Assembly: GCA_907165135.1 (NCBI GenBank)
Contig: OU015568.1
Span: 5,146,001 to 5,210,000 of the forward strand
Direction of reading: 5' to 3'
Length of the DNA stretch: 64,000 nt
Source: Oikopleura dioica
Lineage: Eukaryota > Animalia > Chordata
A model generated the notes under the pieces. The model saw nothing but the letters and a program-made list of their open reading frames with translations. It did not search any database and was not told where the DNA came from. The position numbers were made by a program, and so were the translations under genes. Below, piece after piece: positions 47,662 through 60,777 of the stretch (positions are counted from its first letter, which is position 1; each line of letters begins with the position of its first letter).

Positions 47662-49078
47662 TTACAAATTTCAAACAAGCTGGAGAATATTGAGCGCATC
47701 GGTTGTGTCTAAAACCCAGCATTTCGGGGTCAAGTGGTATCGTTCTTCCACAGCCGCGAATTCTTCACCACTGAAAGGAAAATGTTATCATTTTCATTGG
47801 TGCCTTTTCTTTACCCAATAAGAACAGAGGCAGTTCCATCTTCTTTAGGCACGACAACATAAGCGTTGTTGTTCATAAAAGCGCCGATGATACCCTTAAC
47901 TTTGTCGAATTCCTCGACTTGTCCATGTTCAACAGAAACCTAAAACTTTCACGCAACGAATTTCTAGAGCATCTAACCTCCAAATTCCTTTTGATCGTAT
48001 TGGAAATAATCGCAAAAGCTGGTCCTCCATGAATGTGTACGCGAGTGTGTTCATGAACTCCATTCCTAGAGACTATTATTTTTCTTCCAAAATAGAGACC
48101 TACCAGTTGCTTTTGATTTTCAAATCTCCAACGACAAATCCTTCTCCAGACTCTTCCATGTCTTTAACTTCGGTTTCGAGACCATTTTCAGCGCTGATGG
48201 TGATGGATTCTCCCTCAGGAGAGCGGATGTTGACCGATTTGATGAATTTATGTCCCTTTTCATTTTCGAACATTTGGGCGACCAGGGAGAGTCCGCTTGG
48301 ATCGGAAAAGAGGACTAGATCGTCGAGTGTTTCAGGATCGTAGTCGAAGCAAATTGGGGGCTGGCCAAGAGTTTCGACCATGAAATGAGGATCGGCTTGA
48401 GCATAACCACCAGCTCCCTACATAAAGATCAATTTTCCTCTTTGATTTCATGACTCACCGCATCATAGTTATTGTTCTGATTGTAGTTCTGGCTCGGCTG
48501 ATTGTAGTTCTGCTGATTGTACTGGTTGTTATAATTGTTGTTGTTGTAATTTCCCCACATTCGTTCTCCCTCTCCTGGTCCTTCCTCTCCGGCTTCATCG
48601 ACAACGACTTCCTGGATCTTTTCTAGTGTGGTGTCTTCGACAGTCGTTGTGGTCGTAAATGTTGTTGTCGTTGGTTCTTCCGTCGTTGTTGTTTTCTTCG
48701 TTGTGGCGCGCGTTGTTGGTCGAGGAGTTGGTCGAGTTGTCGGACGATTTTGTTGTTGAGGTCGGTTTTGGACGGGTGGACGATTTTGAGTCTGGCTAAC
48801 TGGGCGCTGACCTACTGGTCTTTGGCCGAATGGTCGCTGAGTTGGGCGCTGCTGCATAGTTGGCCGATTTTGGGAAGGGAAGCCTCCACTACTTGGTGCT
48901 CGCGCTCGGACATCTGGAGAATCAGGGCTAAAGAAAGGAGCTTCTTATGAAAATTATAGGCAAAATTATCGCTGCATAAAATTAATGAAGAGGCAATGCG
49001 TACTTACGCAAAGAAAATAGCACCCTGAGAAGCAACAGTAACAACCAGCGAGGAAAGAAGGCTCGAAGCGATCTTCAT
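47662..49078 (-). CDS. Secreted protein: Gln/Arg/Pro-, Thr- and Asn/Gln-rich stalk plus inter-alpha-inhibitor heavy-chain C-terminal-like domain
   Basis: Signal MKIASSLLSSLVVTVASQG; NYDA|GAGGYAQADPHFMVETLGQPPICFDY..DLVLFSDPSGL; KVKGIIGAFM; KCWVL..LQLV*. Resembles ITIH DPHF..CF..L.L.SD..SG..HGL.GQF..CWF; GT-AG introns. Confidence 0.7.
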
Positions 49079-49541
49079 CCCTTTTCTTTATTCTCTGTCT
49101 TTTAAAAATGCGGAATAGCGTGGAGTTATTCTCTTAACTTCCCTAAAGAGAAAAATTCATGCGCGCCATTTTTCTATGATCCAAAAAAGGTCGATGCATA
49201 AAATAATATCCTCTGATTCATAATTTTCGTCAAGCTTTTAGAAATTTAAATAGATGCTGAGTTTGTTTGTACTATATTTACAAAAATGATAAAAACAGTG
49301 GTGGCAGTGGTGATTTAGAAAATTTCTAGAGCATTTTTTGGGCGATAAATTGGAGTGCCAGCCTGGCTTGGGTTCAGGTCTTCTAGGGTCATGCGCACGG
49401 GCTCGCCGGGTTTGCGGGTGTCCAGGCCGGAAATGGTGTTCGTGGTGGAGGACTGACTCACTTAAGGAGGTTGAAAAACTGGGGAAGGAAATGTTCTCAC
49501 CCATTTGTTCACTTTTGTCTTTGAAGAAGCCGTACGACTGG

Positions 49542-51127
49542 TCACATTGCGATACTTTTTGGTTGTGTTTCTGGTTGTTCATCTTCCACTGAAGAGATTG
49601 TCAGTCGATTTTCTTGATAAGAGAGACAAATAAGAAATTTTTACATTCAAAAACTTCTGGTTCTCCAGAAACAAGCATAAAAATTGATCTAAACTTACGC
49701 TTGTCCAAAGAAAATGCGTCAAAGACATCATAAATGAACTGTCTTGGACTTATTTCTTCCTAAAATTCGCTTGATTAAGTGTTTTCCCTTCTTTACATAC
49801 CCTTTCTCCTCCAACAGTACAAACAGGCTCAACAGTAACGAGCACTAGCGCGAAGAAAATCGCTAAAACTCCCCCAATCGCCAGGAAATATGCCTCTCCT
49901 GGATAGACCGTTGTGTAGTTGAAGTCGGTTATTTCTCCAGTCCCGAAGAAAGAGCTCAAGAAAGACGTCATAAGAAGAAGTGCTGATGCTCCAGAGCCAA
50001 GAGAGAGGCAGCACAAGCCGATCGCAAGACCTCTCAGATGAGAACGCAGAAATTTGAAGATGCAAGCCAGAAAAGATGAAATAAGGGAGATCATGAAAAA
50101 GCTGAAAATAAGCTTCAGTGGCCAATTTTTATATATCTTCGAGGTGTCATTATTCCAACTGTAGCAAATGAAATTCTTTTCTAAATCTTTTTCGTGGCTC
50201 AAAGCTTACAGTCATGCTCCCGTGGCCGCGTGGCCTAATGGATATGGCGTCTGACTTCGAATCAGGAAGTTGTGGGTTCGAGTCCCATCGTGGTCAAAAA
50301 ACTTTTTTTTCTTTCTTTCTAGAGCCCGAGCCTGAATAGATACAGTATTCCCACAAGCCAACGGAAGTTCTTGGCAGGAATTCTTCACAAGAAGCTGGAG
50401 AGTTCGAACAGTAACCAGCAGAGTTGCCGAAGGTTGGCTTTGAGGTGGAAATGGCGATGAGTGTGCAGGAGCCAAGGGAGAAAATAGCAAATAGAAAATT
50501 GATGAATGTCCAGGTTCCAGTTGAGTGAATTGATTCTCGATTGGCGTGAGAAAATAGACCTGAACGAGGTTGGAAAGAGAAAAAGGAGAAGAGTCTCTAC
50601 CAATAATGAACAAAACCGAAGATCCAGCAACAGCTAGCCAGAACGTAAAACAAAACTTGACAATCACAAAATGCGCCAAAACAGCAACAGGAATTGCCAG
50701 CATCGCCGTCACGCTGAAAAAGCTCGCTAAAATTGCGAAAAACGAGCATGTCGAAGCCGATTCTTTATTCAGCCGCACACAGGTCAGAAATCCAAAAACG
50801 GCGGAAATAACAATCGAAGCGCAGCCAATTTGAATCGGAATCGGGGAAGAGGAAGAATAGGCAGACCAGCTGGAGATCGAGTCGTTCGAGCGCTGGATTT
50901 TCCAGAGGGAAATTTTTAATGATTCTGAGGTTTCATTTGGGTCGGTGATTTCCAGAAGAGGGTGTAAGCAAAGACCGACAAGTAGTAAAGCGCATCCTGA
51001 AAATAGTCATTAGAGCCCCTTATTCAAGATAAAAGTATTTTGTCAATTTCATATTGTCTCCGTAAAACTTACCTATCCAAGAGAACAAGATAATTCCCAA
51101 CGACGAGAAAAGCTTTCTCCAACCCAT
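49542..51127 (-). CDS. 8-TM protein made of two tandem claudin/PMP22-like units
   Basis: MGWRKLF start, eight hydrophobic segments after splicing (a 41-bp intron joins FIIG|LFSH), claudin-type VGLWEYC..C and PGEAYFLAIGG in unit 2, ISLWKI in unit 1. Confidence 0.65.
50224..50296 (+). tRNA. tRNA-Arg(UCG): tRNA-Arg (anticodon UCG)
   Basis: ggccgcgtggcctaatggata..tctgacTTCGAatcagg..ggttcgagtccc..cgtggtca; 73 nt, cloverleaf-compatible, A and B boxes, followed by a T8 Pol III terminator. Confidence 0.97.
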
Positions 51128-51602
51128 TTTTCCTCCCTTTTTTCTTTTTAATAATTTTCAGGTCTCTTTTTCTCGTCTCTCAGAAGTAGTTTATCAAGCT
51201 GCCAAATGCACTTGCGCGCAGCAATAAACGATTATTGTTTCTGCTTTCTTCTCTCTCCGGTAGTTGTAAAATGCGATCACCTGCACGAGTAAATCCGATA
51301 TTCGGCGCCCACGGATCCATCCGCTGCCAAATCTGATCGAAATCCGAAAACGCGAAAACTTCGCGAAATCGAACAAAAGAAGCTGGAAAAAAACGAATAG
51401 GGTTGAATTTTAGCGCGGATTTTGTTGGTCATTTACGATTTTTTCTACATAAAAAATCAAAATTTTCAATTCTTTGAATATTCTTCTGATGAATTTAGAG
51501 TCATTTAGGAACACTGTGAGTTTTCTCTTCTGGAAAATTTCATGGGACTTAGACAGCTGTATTTTTCGCGTCATTTGACAGAAGATTTTGTTCTTGAAGA
51601 AA

Positions 51603-52690
51603 ATGTTGTTGAAAAGCGCTCTTTTCGCTTTTTCTTCGGCCCGTTTGATTAATATTCCTACCAGTGAGAACAACTTCATCGACTTTAGCGAGTACGAGTC
51701 CTTTATTGAAAACAAGGACGACTTCAATTTCGCCGTCTTCGCCGATGCGCAATTTGGCAAGTACGACAAAGAGGACTTAGATGGCGATGGAACAGATGTT
51801 TCTTACGACATCGAGAGAATCGAAGAAATGTGTCGGCAAATCAGCGCGATGCCCAGTTCCGAGAGACCTGCTTTCATCGTCAACTTGGGCGATATCGCTC
51901 ACGGTTTGCCACACGACGAAGGAGCCAGCAATCCTGGCTCGAATCCTGAACTCCGGCCATTCCAAGTTTCCGAATACATGGACGCAATGCGCTCTTGCCC
52001 AAAGGACATCCCACAATTCGCCGTCAGTGGCAACCGCGATGACGGAAACGAAAAATACAAGGCAAATGACATGCTTGGCTTTGAAAAACTGTTTCACGAG
52101 AAAAACTTTTGGTTCAAAGCTGGGAACCGCTATTTTATCGGACTCGAAACTCAAGTTTACTTTCTGGTAAACGGATTTGCCCAGACTAGGCTTCGAGAAC
52201 AGGAGCACTTTATCATGAATACTCTTAATTTGCTCCCTAGCGACGCGCCAAAGACTGTTTTCATGCACAAAGGTATTTCTTCGCTTATTTTTCTTCCCTT
52301 TCATCTCTTTTTCTAGCGCTTTATATCGAAAACCCAGAAGAAATTGAAGCTTCCGAATTGAAAGAAAAATCTATCCCGATCGCTTACAGAAACCAACTTC
52401 TTTCCCAATTCTCAGAAAACGGTGTCGATTCGGTTTTCTCCGGCCACACTCATTTCGAAAACGTTCCACCAGCTTATGGCCCGGTTCAGCAATATGTAAT
52501 GACTTCCATTTCAAGCCAGAACTCTTGGAATTCAAAGGAATACTGGGGTCCGAACGGAGAAAGGATGGCTTATGGTGACTGTACTCCGAGTTTTTATATG
52601 GTCAATGCAAAGGCAGAACGAGTTACTGTAACAGCGAAAAGAGTTGATGGGAAGAGTGGATCAATTCCCGTCTGTAAACATCCAAAATAA
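51603..52690 (+). CDS. CPPED1: Calcineurin-like metallophosphoesterase, CPPED1-like, with predicted signal peptide
   Basis: FAVFADAQFG, VNLGDIAHGLP, VSGNRDDGN, VFMH, VFSGHTH; one intron 52273-52316; N-terminus MLLKSALFAFSSA. Confidence 0.75.
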
Positions 52691-52974
52691 ATCAATTTAT
52701 TCATCATAAAGGTTCAATCTTGAATAATCGCATTACTTCGAGGCGACTCATAAATCTACTCATAAGCTGATGAAAATTATAAATAATTGAAAAGTTGCAA
52801 ATTTAATAAACACAATTTCAGCAAGAGAATTTTTGAACTTGATTTTGTCTCTAGATTATTTTTTTATTGTGATTACAGAAAGTTAATTAGCCAGTTCTCG
52901 GCAGCGAAAAAGCCAGCAGCGCCAGACTCATTTATTTCATTTATTTTCAATTATCAGATTACCAACAAAAAAAA

Positions 52975-54629
<1,655 letters not shown>

Positions 54630-55114
54630 TTCAAAGCCGATGCCCTTATCTCTAGATGTAACGGTAGGATGGGTTGATTTTTCTACCGTTACACCTACTT
54701 ATCTCTGCTTTTTTCTCCATTCCCTGCTCTTCAAAATACACTAGCAACACATTCAGACAAAACAACCTCTTTTCCATTCATTCTATCACAAAATCGACGC
54801 AGTTTTACTAGCGATAAGATTTCGTAAATCCGCTCTAAAATTCCTTCTCAAATTTGCTCTTTTGAAGTTTGAGAATCTTTGACTCGAGTACTCATCTTTC
54901 TATTTGCATTTCGAAGCTACGTCAGCTGTTCTTTTGTACTTACAGTGCGCTGTCGTGTAGTAACATACAGTCAGGTGGCTTCTCTGACGCGCGGTATTTA
55001 CGCAAGTATCGCTTCTAAAGGACAAAAGGGGCAATAATTGCTTCAAGTAAATATACTCGCCAATATAACCTTCATGTTTCCATTTTTCTCAAGAACTAAA
55101 AAACTTTCAAAAAG

Positions 55115-55464
55115 ATGATCGAGATCAAAAATTACGGAGAGCTAGAAAAGCTGATCGAAAAAGAAGAAGTTGTTATTGGCGTCTGTCTGGCAGACTGGAG
55201 CAGATTGTGCAGAAATATCAAAAAGGAGCTGCCAGAGATTGCGAAAAAATACGAAAACATCAAATTTGGTGAGGCACTTTTCCCCTTCTTCCAGTTCTAG
55301 CGCTCTTTTTAGCCGCGATAAACGATAATGCTTACGACATCAGAAAGAAGTACTCGATCGCCTCTTTTCCTACTTGGCTGATTTTCAAAAACTCGAAGCT
55401 GATTTCGGAAATTTCGACTTCAAGCGAACATATTCTTCAATCGCGAATTTCTGCTGTTCTATAA
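55115..55464 (+). CDS. Thioredoxin-fold protein with atypical WSRLC site
   Basis: VVIGVCLADWSRLCRNIKKELPEIAKKY..F|AAIN..IASFPTWLIFKN; one short intron. Confidence 0.75.
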
Positions 55465-55525
55465 AAACGACTTTTTTCTGTAAATTAATGATAATCTAAT
55501 TCAAGCATGTCCCAACGGTTTATTT

Positions 55526-57791
55526 TCAAAGACAAAAATCAGCTTGAACTTCCATAAAGATTGGATAATAATTGAAAGCTTCAGCGGTGCCGATTATTTC
55601 AACGTTTTCTATTTCCTCTTCTTTCATGTCAAGTCGTTGAATGATTGCGTCTTCGTAAAAATGACTTCTCGAGTACCCGGTGAATACAATTGAAGACCCA
55701 ACAACAATTCCCGACAGATAATTGTCAGCCAAAAGAAAAGTTTAAACTCAGGGAAAGTAAGTAAGCCTAACCTCGATTAAATTTCCAATATGACTCCAGT
55801 AATCATCTTTGAAAAGCCAAATCTCGCTCGATAAATCTCGCTCTTCATCGACTCCACCAGCAAGAATAAGATTATCATTGAAACCAACAAGGGCATGAGC
55901 CCAAGTCTTTCTATGTTTATAATTAACATTCTTCGAAGGGTTAGGTTTTTGGGGAGCTTAGTATATACCTTGGAATTTCCCCAATGTACTCCCAACCAGA
56001 TTGGGAATACGTTTCTATCGCGAATTTGGAAGAAAAATCTCCTCCAAGTTGAAGTCCTCCAACAGTAGTGGGTTTTCCCTTGTAGAGCCCAAGCCCACCA
56101 AAATAATGAGTATAATTCGATGAAAAAGTAATTTCGATTTTGACTGTATCGAAAATTTCGCATTCAGTAAGACTAGCGTCGGATAAGTGGCTCGTTGCGT
56201 AAGGGAAACAAACAAGTGCTAAGTCTAATCAAAAAGGGACAAAAACTTCGATTTTTACCTTTGGTGCCATTTTCTATCGCAACAGCTGATGAAAAGCCTT
56301 CGTAAAAATATTTCATATGAATATTGAGAGATTCAAAATCGCATCCGTCCAGTTTGACAACCTTAATTTTGGCAAAAGAAAAAAATGATGCAAATCACTC
56401 ACATTTATCGGATTTGAAAACAAGTAAAGCTCATTTCTGATAATTGCATGAACATTTCCATCAAAATAAGGTGACGTAAGATTTGTCTTGGTTCTACTCA
56501 ATGCATCAGAAGAATAAACTGAGGCTTCTTGACGTCCGTTTGAAAAAACAAGCATTTGAAAGCCGAGCTAAAAATATTTTCGATTGAAAGAGACATTCTT
56601 TTTTACATTTATATCTTTTTTCTTATGTTTTCTGGGATCAGCGACTTGCCCTTTCATACAAACAGCGTAAAAGAGATCATCACAGTTGCGCAAAAATGTC
56701 CCTTTATCATCATAATCGTTTCTTATTGTATAACAGTTATCGTAGTTATCATCATAATACTTGCTCTTTGGAGCAAGTTTTGCGTGATCGAACCAATATT
56801 CGTAGCCTTTCCAATTTTCTGACAGTCTTCTTTCTTCTCGCCAAGTTTGACGGTCTGGAAACCACATATTTCGAACACGACAAAATAAAAAAGCATCTCT
56901 GTAACTCATTGGTCTTTCTGATCTTTTGAGCTCAATTGGTTGCGGTCCTACTTTTGGATTTCTCTCTCTAGCATAGAAGCGAAGAAATCTGATGTTTCTG
57001 CTGATTTTGTTCATCTGTCTCCTCGCCATCCCAAATTCTTTCGACCGGAGCGCGCTGTAGTAACTTGAATAGCCGCGCAAAGTCTTGACGATTTTCAAGA
57101 CAGAAGCTTCGGTTAAACATAAGAAATCCTCAATCCAAAGTTCAATCAATTTCACCAAATTGTAAACATTTTTTGCTTGGCTGAGTTGCAAATTTTTGAA
57201 AATTTTAAAAAGATAGACCAATTGAAAATGGTTCTGAGAGCTTTCTGAGCTGGAGTCAAAATTAAGCAAGCCGAGTTGAGCTGGCTCCTTTCAAAAAATC
57301 GTTGAGCTGAGCTGAGCTGGCTTTTTTAAAAAAATAATTGAGCTGAGCTGAGCTGTAGCTCAGAAAATTTGCAACTCAGTTGCTGGGTAGATCTTCTGAT
57401 CATAAAGCTTGACCAGTCCGCCATCAACTCTTTTGTCTATCCAAAATCTCGGGTCTGATTCATTATGACAAGTGACATTTGGGTTTCCATAAATTTCCCA
57501 AAGTCCTAAGGTCATATTTTGAACATTGTGTTTGGTGCGATCGTATCTTGCGAAAAATCGTTTCTCTATTTGATTATCGACCAGAGATCGACCAATTCGA
57601 TGAGCAAAGTTGTCAGCTTCTCTCCAAAAATCCACGAATTCAGGAGGAAGATATTTATCCCAGTTTTCTTCGAGATTCTCATAAGTTTTAAGGTAAGGTT
57701 CACCAGCTTGTGACAAGATACCTTGATAAAGTAAAGCGTTCATTCCGAACTTTTCCGATTTTTTCTTCGAGAAGGCGGATTTATAAAGCAC
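55526..57791 (-). CDS. Orphan N-terminal region plus degenerate C-type-lectin-like domain plus kelch-like beta-propeller (probably one gene; 5' end not found)
   Basis: MSYRDAFLFC..YWFD..NCY..NCDDLFYAVC; phase-0 acceptor tttttag|LGFQMLVFSNG; HAIIRNELYLF, GGLGLYKGKPTTVGG, ALVGFNDNLILAGG; ends PIFMEVQADFCL*. Exon interrupted by the MITE at 57181-57379. Confidence 0.55.
57181..57379. mobile_element. hAT-like MITE (agctg family) with CTG..CAG ends, in a coding exon
   Basis: TIR ctgagttgcaaatttt / aaaatttgcaactcag, TSD ttgcttgg / ttgctggg (7 of 8). Confidence 0.88.
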
Positions 57792-58547
57792 AGGATTATT
57801 TTCTAAATAAGCTCATATGGACTCTGTTGAATAAAAACGCAGATGCAACAAGCTGTTATTATTGAGCAAAACGTCACTTGGTCAAAACTAAAGTCCAGAT
57901 TTACCATAAAACTTCTTCAGACCGCGAAATAAGTTTTTGCTGTCAGAAGCAGAACGGAGAGTTCAGAAAAAAATAAAGGTTTTTCCAGGTCAGCGGAATT
58001 GAAAATCAAACAATGCAAAATTCTTGATTCAGCGTTTCGAGGTTGCTTCAAGCAAGCATGGTTCATAAATAATTGACAAAAATGATTGTCTTTTTAAAAA
58101 TTTTAACTCAGAATCTCTGCTAGAGTCTCTAGAGAAAAATGTACATTTATACACCGCCAGAAACTAAGTCAACAGTATTGCAATGTTAGTTCAAAATAAC
58201 TTGACCGAAGTCTAGTATAAATTAAGATTTGATAGGAACGACTCCGTGGATCATTATTCTTGTATTTTTGCTATTTCAAAACTGCTGCAGCAAACGAGAG
58301 GAGAGAAATGATGAGTTTTTCAAAGTCGATTATTTCTCGGGAAACGGGATTGATGTTGTTTCTGGCGAATCGGAAGAAGGAAAAGGTAAGAAAGAGAAGA
58401 ATTTTTACACTATTGAAATCAACGAAGACTACCCGAAATTCAACAAAATATACGCGGCCAAGATATATTTTTTATCCTTAGTGCCACGATCACGATAATT
58501 CGAAGCAGAAAATCAAGAATATCTTACCGAAATTTCCTTTTTCTTAA

Positions 58548-59292
58548 GGGACCTGGGCGAGCAGCGCGGAGCCGAACTTCACGGGCTCGCAGCTTATCTT
58601 AGAAGTGAGATTTTTAAGAATTTCTTTTTGCAAATCATATCTACAAACATTCAGCTTTCTATACCTACTTTCAAAATTTCTCTATCATTACCGGTTGATG
58701 AACTAGAGAGAAAAAGAGAAGAGCAACTTCAAAAGGCATCAAGTCCTGCAAACCAAATTTTATCTTCCTGAAACTAGCACCATTGAAAAGCCCGTTTAAT
58801 TCTGCACAGATTCCACCTAATGCGCAAATACGGGACAGTACCTATTGGCAATAGAGGCTAGATAAACAAGATAACTGAGCGCGCGCTCAGCGGGAATCAT
58901 GTCCCGGAAGGCCAAAATGGCTTCATCAGAGCGTCCTTCTGCGCCGCGACCAGCTGAGCGCGCTAAGTAACTTTGTTTATTTGGCGTTACTTGGCGATAA
59001 GTACGTATTTAGCTTTGCGCATTAGGTGGAATCTGTGCAGAATTAAACGGGCTTTTCAATGGTGCTAGTTTCAGGAAGATAAAATTTGGTTTGCAGGACT
59101 TGATGCCTTTGAAGTTGCTCTTCTCTTTTCTCTCTAGTTCATCAACCGGTAATGATAGAGAAATTTTGAAAGTAGGTATAGAAAGCTGAATGTTTGTAGA
59201 TATGATTTGCAAAAAGAAATTCTTAAAAATCTCACTTCTAAGATAAGCTGCGAGCCCGTGAAGTTCGGCTCCGCGCTGCTCGCCCAGGTCCC
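58548..59292. mobile_element. Non-autonomous DNA element with about 280-bp near-perfect TIRs
   Basis: Arms 58548-58828 and 59014-59292; GGG..CCC ends; left flank ttaa, right flank aa. Confidence 0.9.
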
Positions 59293-60078
59293 AAGGGTGC
59301 AAAATGAACAAATTTTATCGATTTTGCTGAAAAATCAACAAAAATTTGCCTCAATCTTATGCATCAAAAAACTCATAAATGACCACGTTTTTGGTCAAAA
59401 TTGACTTTATCACGAAGAAATTATTTCAAATAAAATTTATTCAGGTGTTGGTTTATGGAATGAAGAAATCTTCAATATCGCCGAGCGAAACCTCTCCCGT
59501 CCAAAATACCAGATGAAGCCTTGTTAATTTTCTTCCCAAAAAACAGTTCAAAATTACAAAATAAACCATTCCTCCCTCATTCAAAAATCAGAAGCAGTCC
59601 AGGTGTAGCGGTTCTGGGCCGATTCACGCGTAAAGCTGAGCGCATTTTTTTGAATTCAGCTGAAAGATCGCCGAGCAGGATAAACCAGACGATTTGCATC
59701 GGCCGTTGCTTAGAGCGTTTTTTCCAAAGAACACTTTTCAGATTTCAAGAAAATCATAATTGATGATCATTTGAGATTTTATGGGGCTGCTTATCTTCAT
59801 GGTCATTTAAAAAGGATAAGTTTAAGGGTGTCTTGATCGATTTTGGTATTTTTCTTTAATATAAAATTTAGCCAATAAAAAAAAAGTTTGATTTATTTAT
59901 CTTTATTGAAATTATTTCATCATATGATATGATTCATATCTGTGTAATCGTGCTTTAACAGTTTCATTTAAAGTTCAATAATTTCTGTTGTTTATCCTTA
60001 ATATTACAAATATAAGAAGTAGAAAATTTAGGAAATGAACAAAATAATCATGTCTTTCATTCGAAAATCATACTTTAA

Positions 60079-60777
60079 GGGATCCCCCCCCGTTTTTGCC
60101 ATTTTCAACGGCAAACTACTTTTTTTTGGGCTTACAATTTCAAGCGTGCAATAGCGCAAATGAAAGCTCGTTCATAGCGGGTAATTCTCTAGTACAGAAA
60201 TAAAATTCCGTAAACGCAAACCTACCACATGGGGGCGCTGAAGTTAGCGTATTTTGAAAAAACGCCGTTTTCGGCCATTTTCAACGGCAAACTACTTTTT
60301 TTTGGGCTTAGCTAGAATAAATCTGCGACTAGATTTAGAAAGAGTAGAGTTTAATCTCAAAACTCTAGTACAGAGAAGTCGTTTGGTCAAGTAAGAAAAA
60401 ATTTTTCTTGGGAATAACTTTTTGATGCCATTTTGGCACATATTTGACTTTTAATAGCTCTCTAGCGCCGATTTATGACCAGAAATTCTAGTGCGGTTCT
60501 CATATTCTTACTCAGTGCATCCTAAGCTTTCGATAGACCCCTAATATGACTATTTTCGATCACTTTGAAAAGTCGAAAAAATTGCGATTTTTACGCTTTA
60601 TTTTGTACTTAAGTACAATTTACATGCATTTTTGCAATTTTTGAAGGCCGAAATTTCGGGGATAGATGTTCGTAAAGGGGTCATGTGACACATCAAAATG
60701 ATCCTCAGAACGCGAGGAATCTAAAAATGTCAAATATAGACCCGTATCAAAGACTTACAAAAACAGGGGGGGATCCC
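60079..60777. mobile_element. Non-autonomous DNA element with TTAA target duplication (Kolobok-like ends)
   Basis: ttaa|gggatcccccc ... ggggggatccc|ttaa; internal direct repeat gccattttcaacggcaaactacttttttttgggctta. Confidence 0.8.

Noticed and set aside
58229-58545. Cadherin-like fragment (YTIEINEDYP..CHDHD) after a signal-like ORF
   Set aside because: Too short, ends in a stop at the TE boundary, and no convincing continuation could be assembled.
59009-59404. ORFs at 59009-59311 and 59207-59404
   Set aside because: They overlap the inverted-repeat arm of a non-autonomous element; no coding signature.
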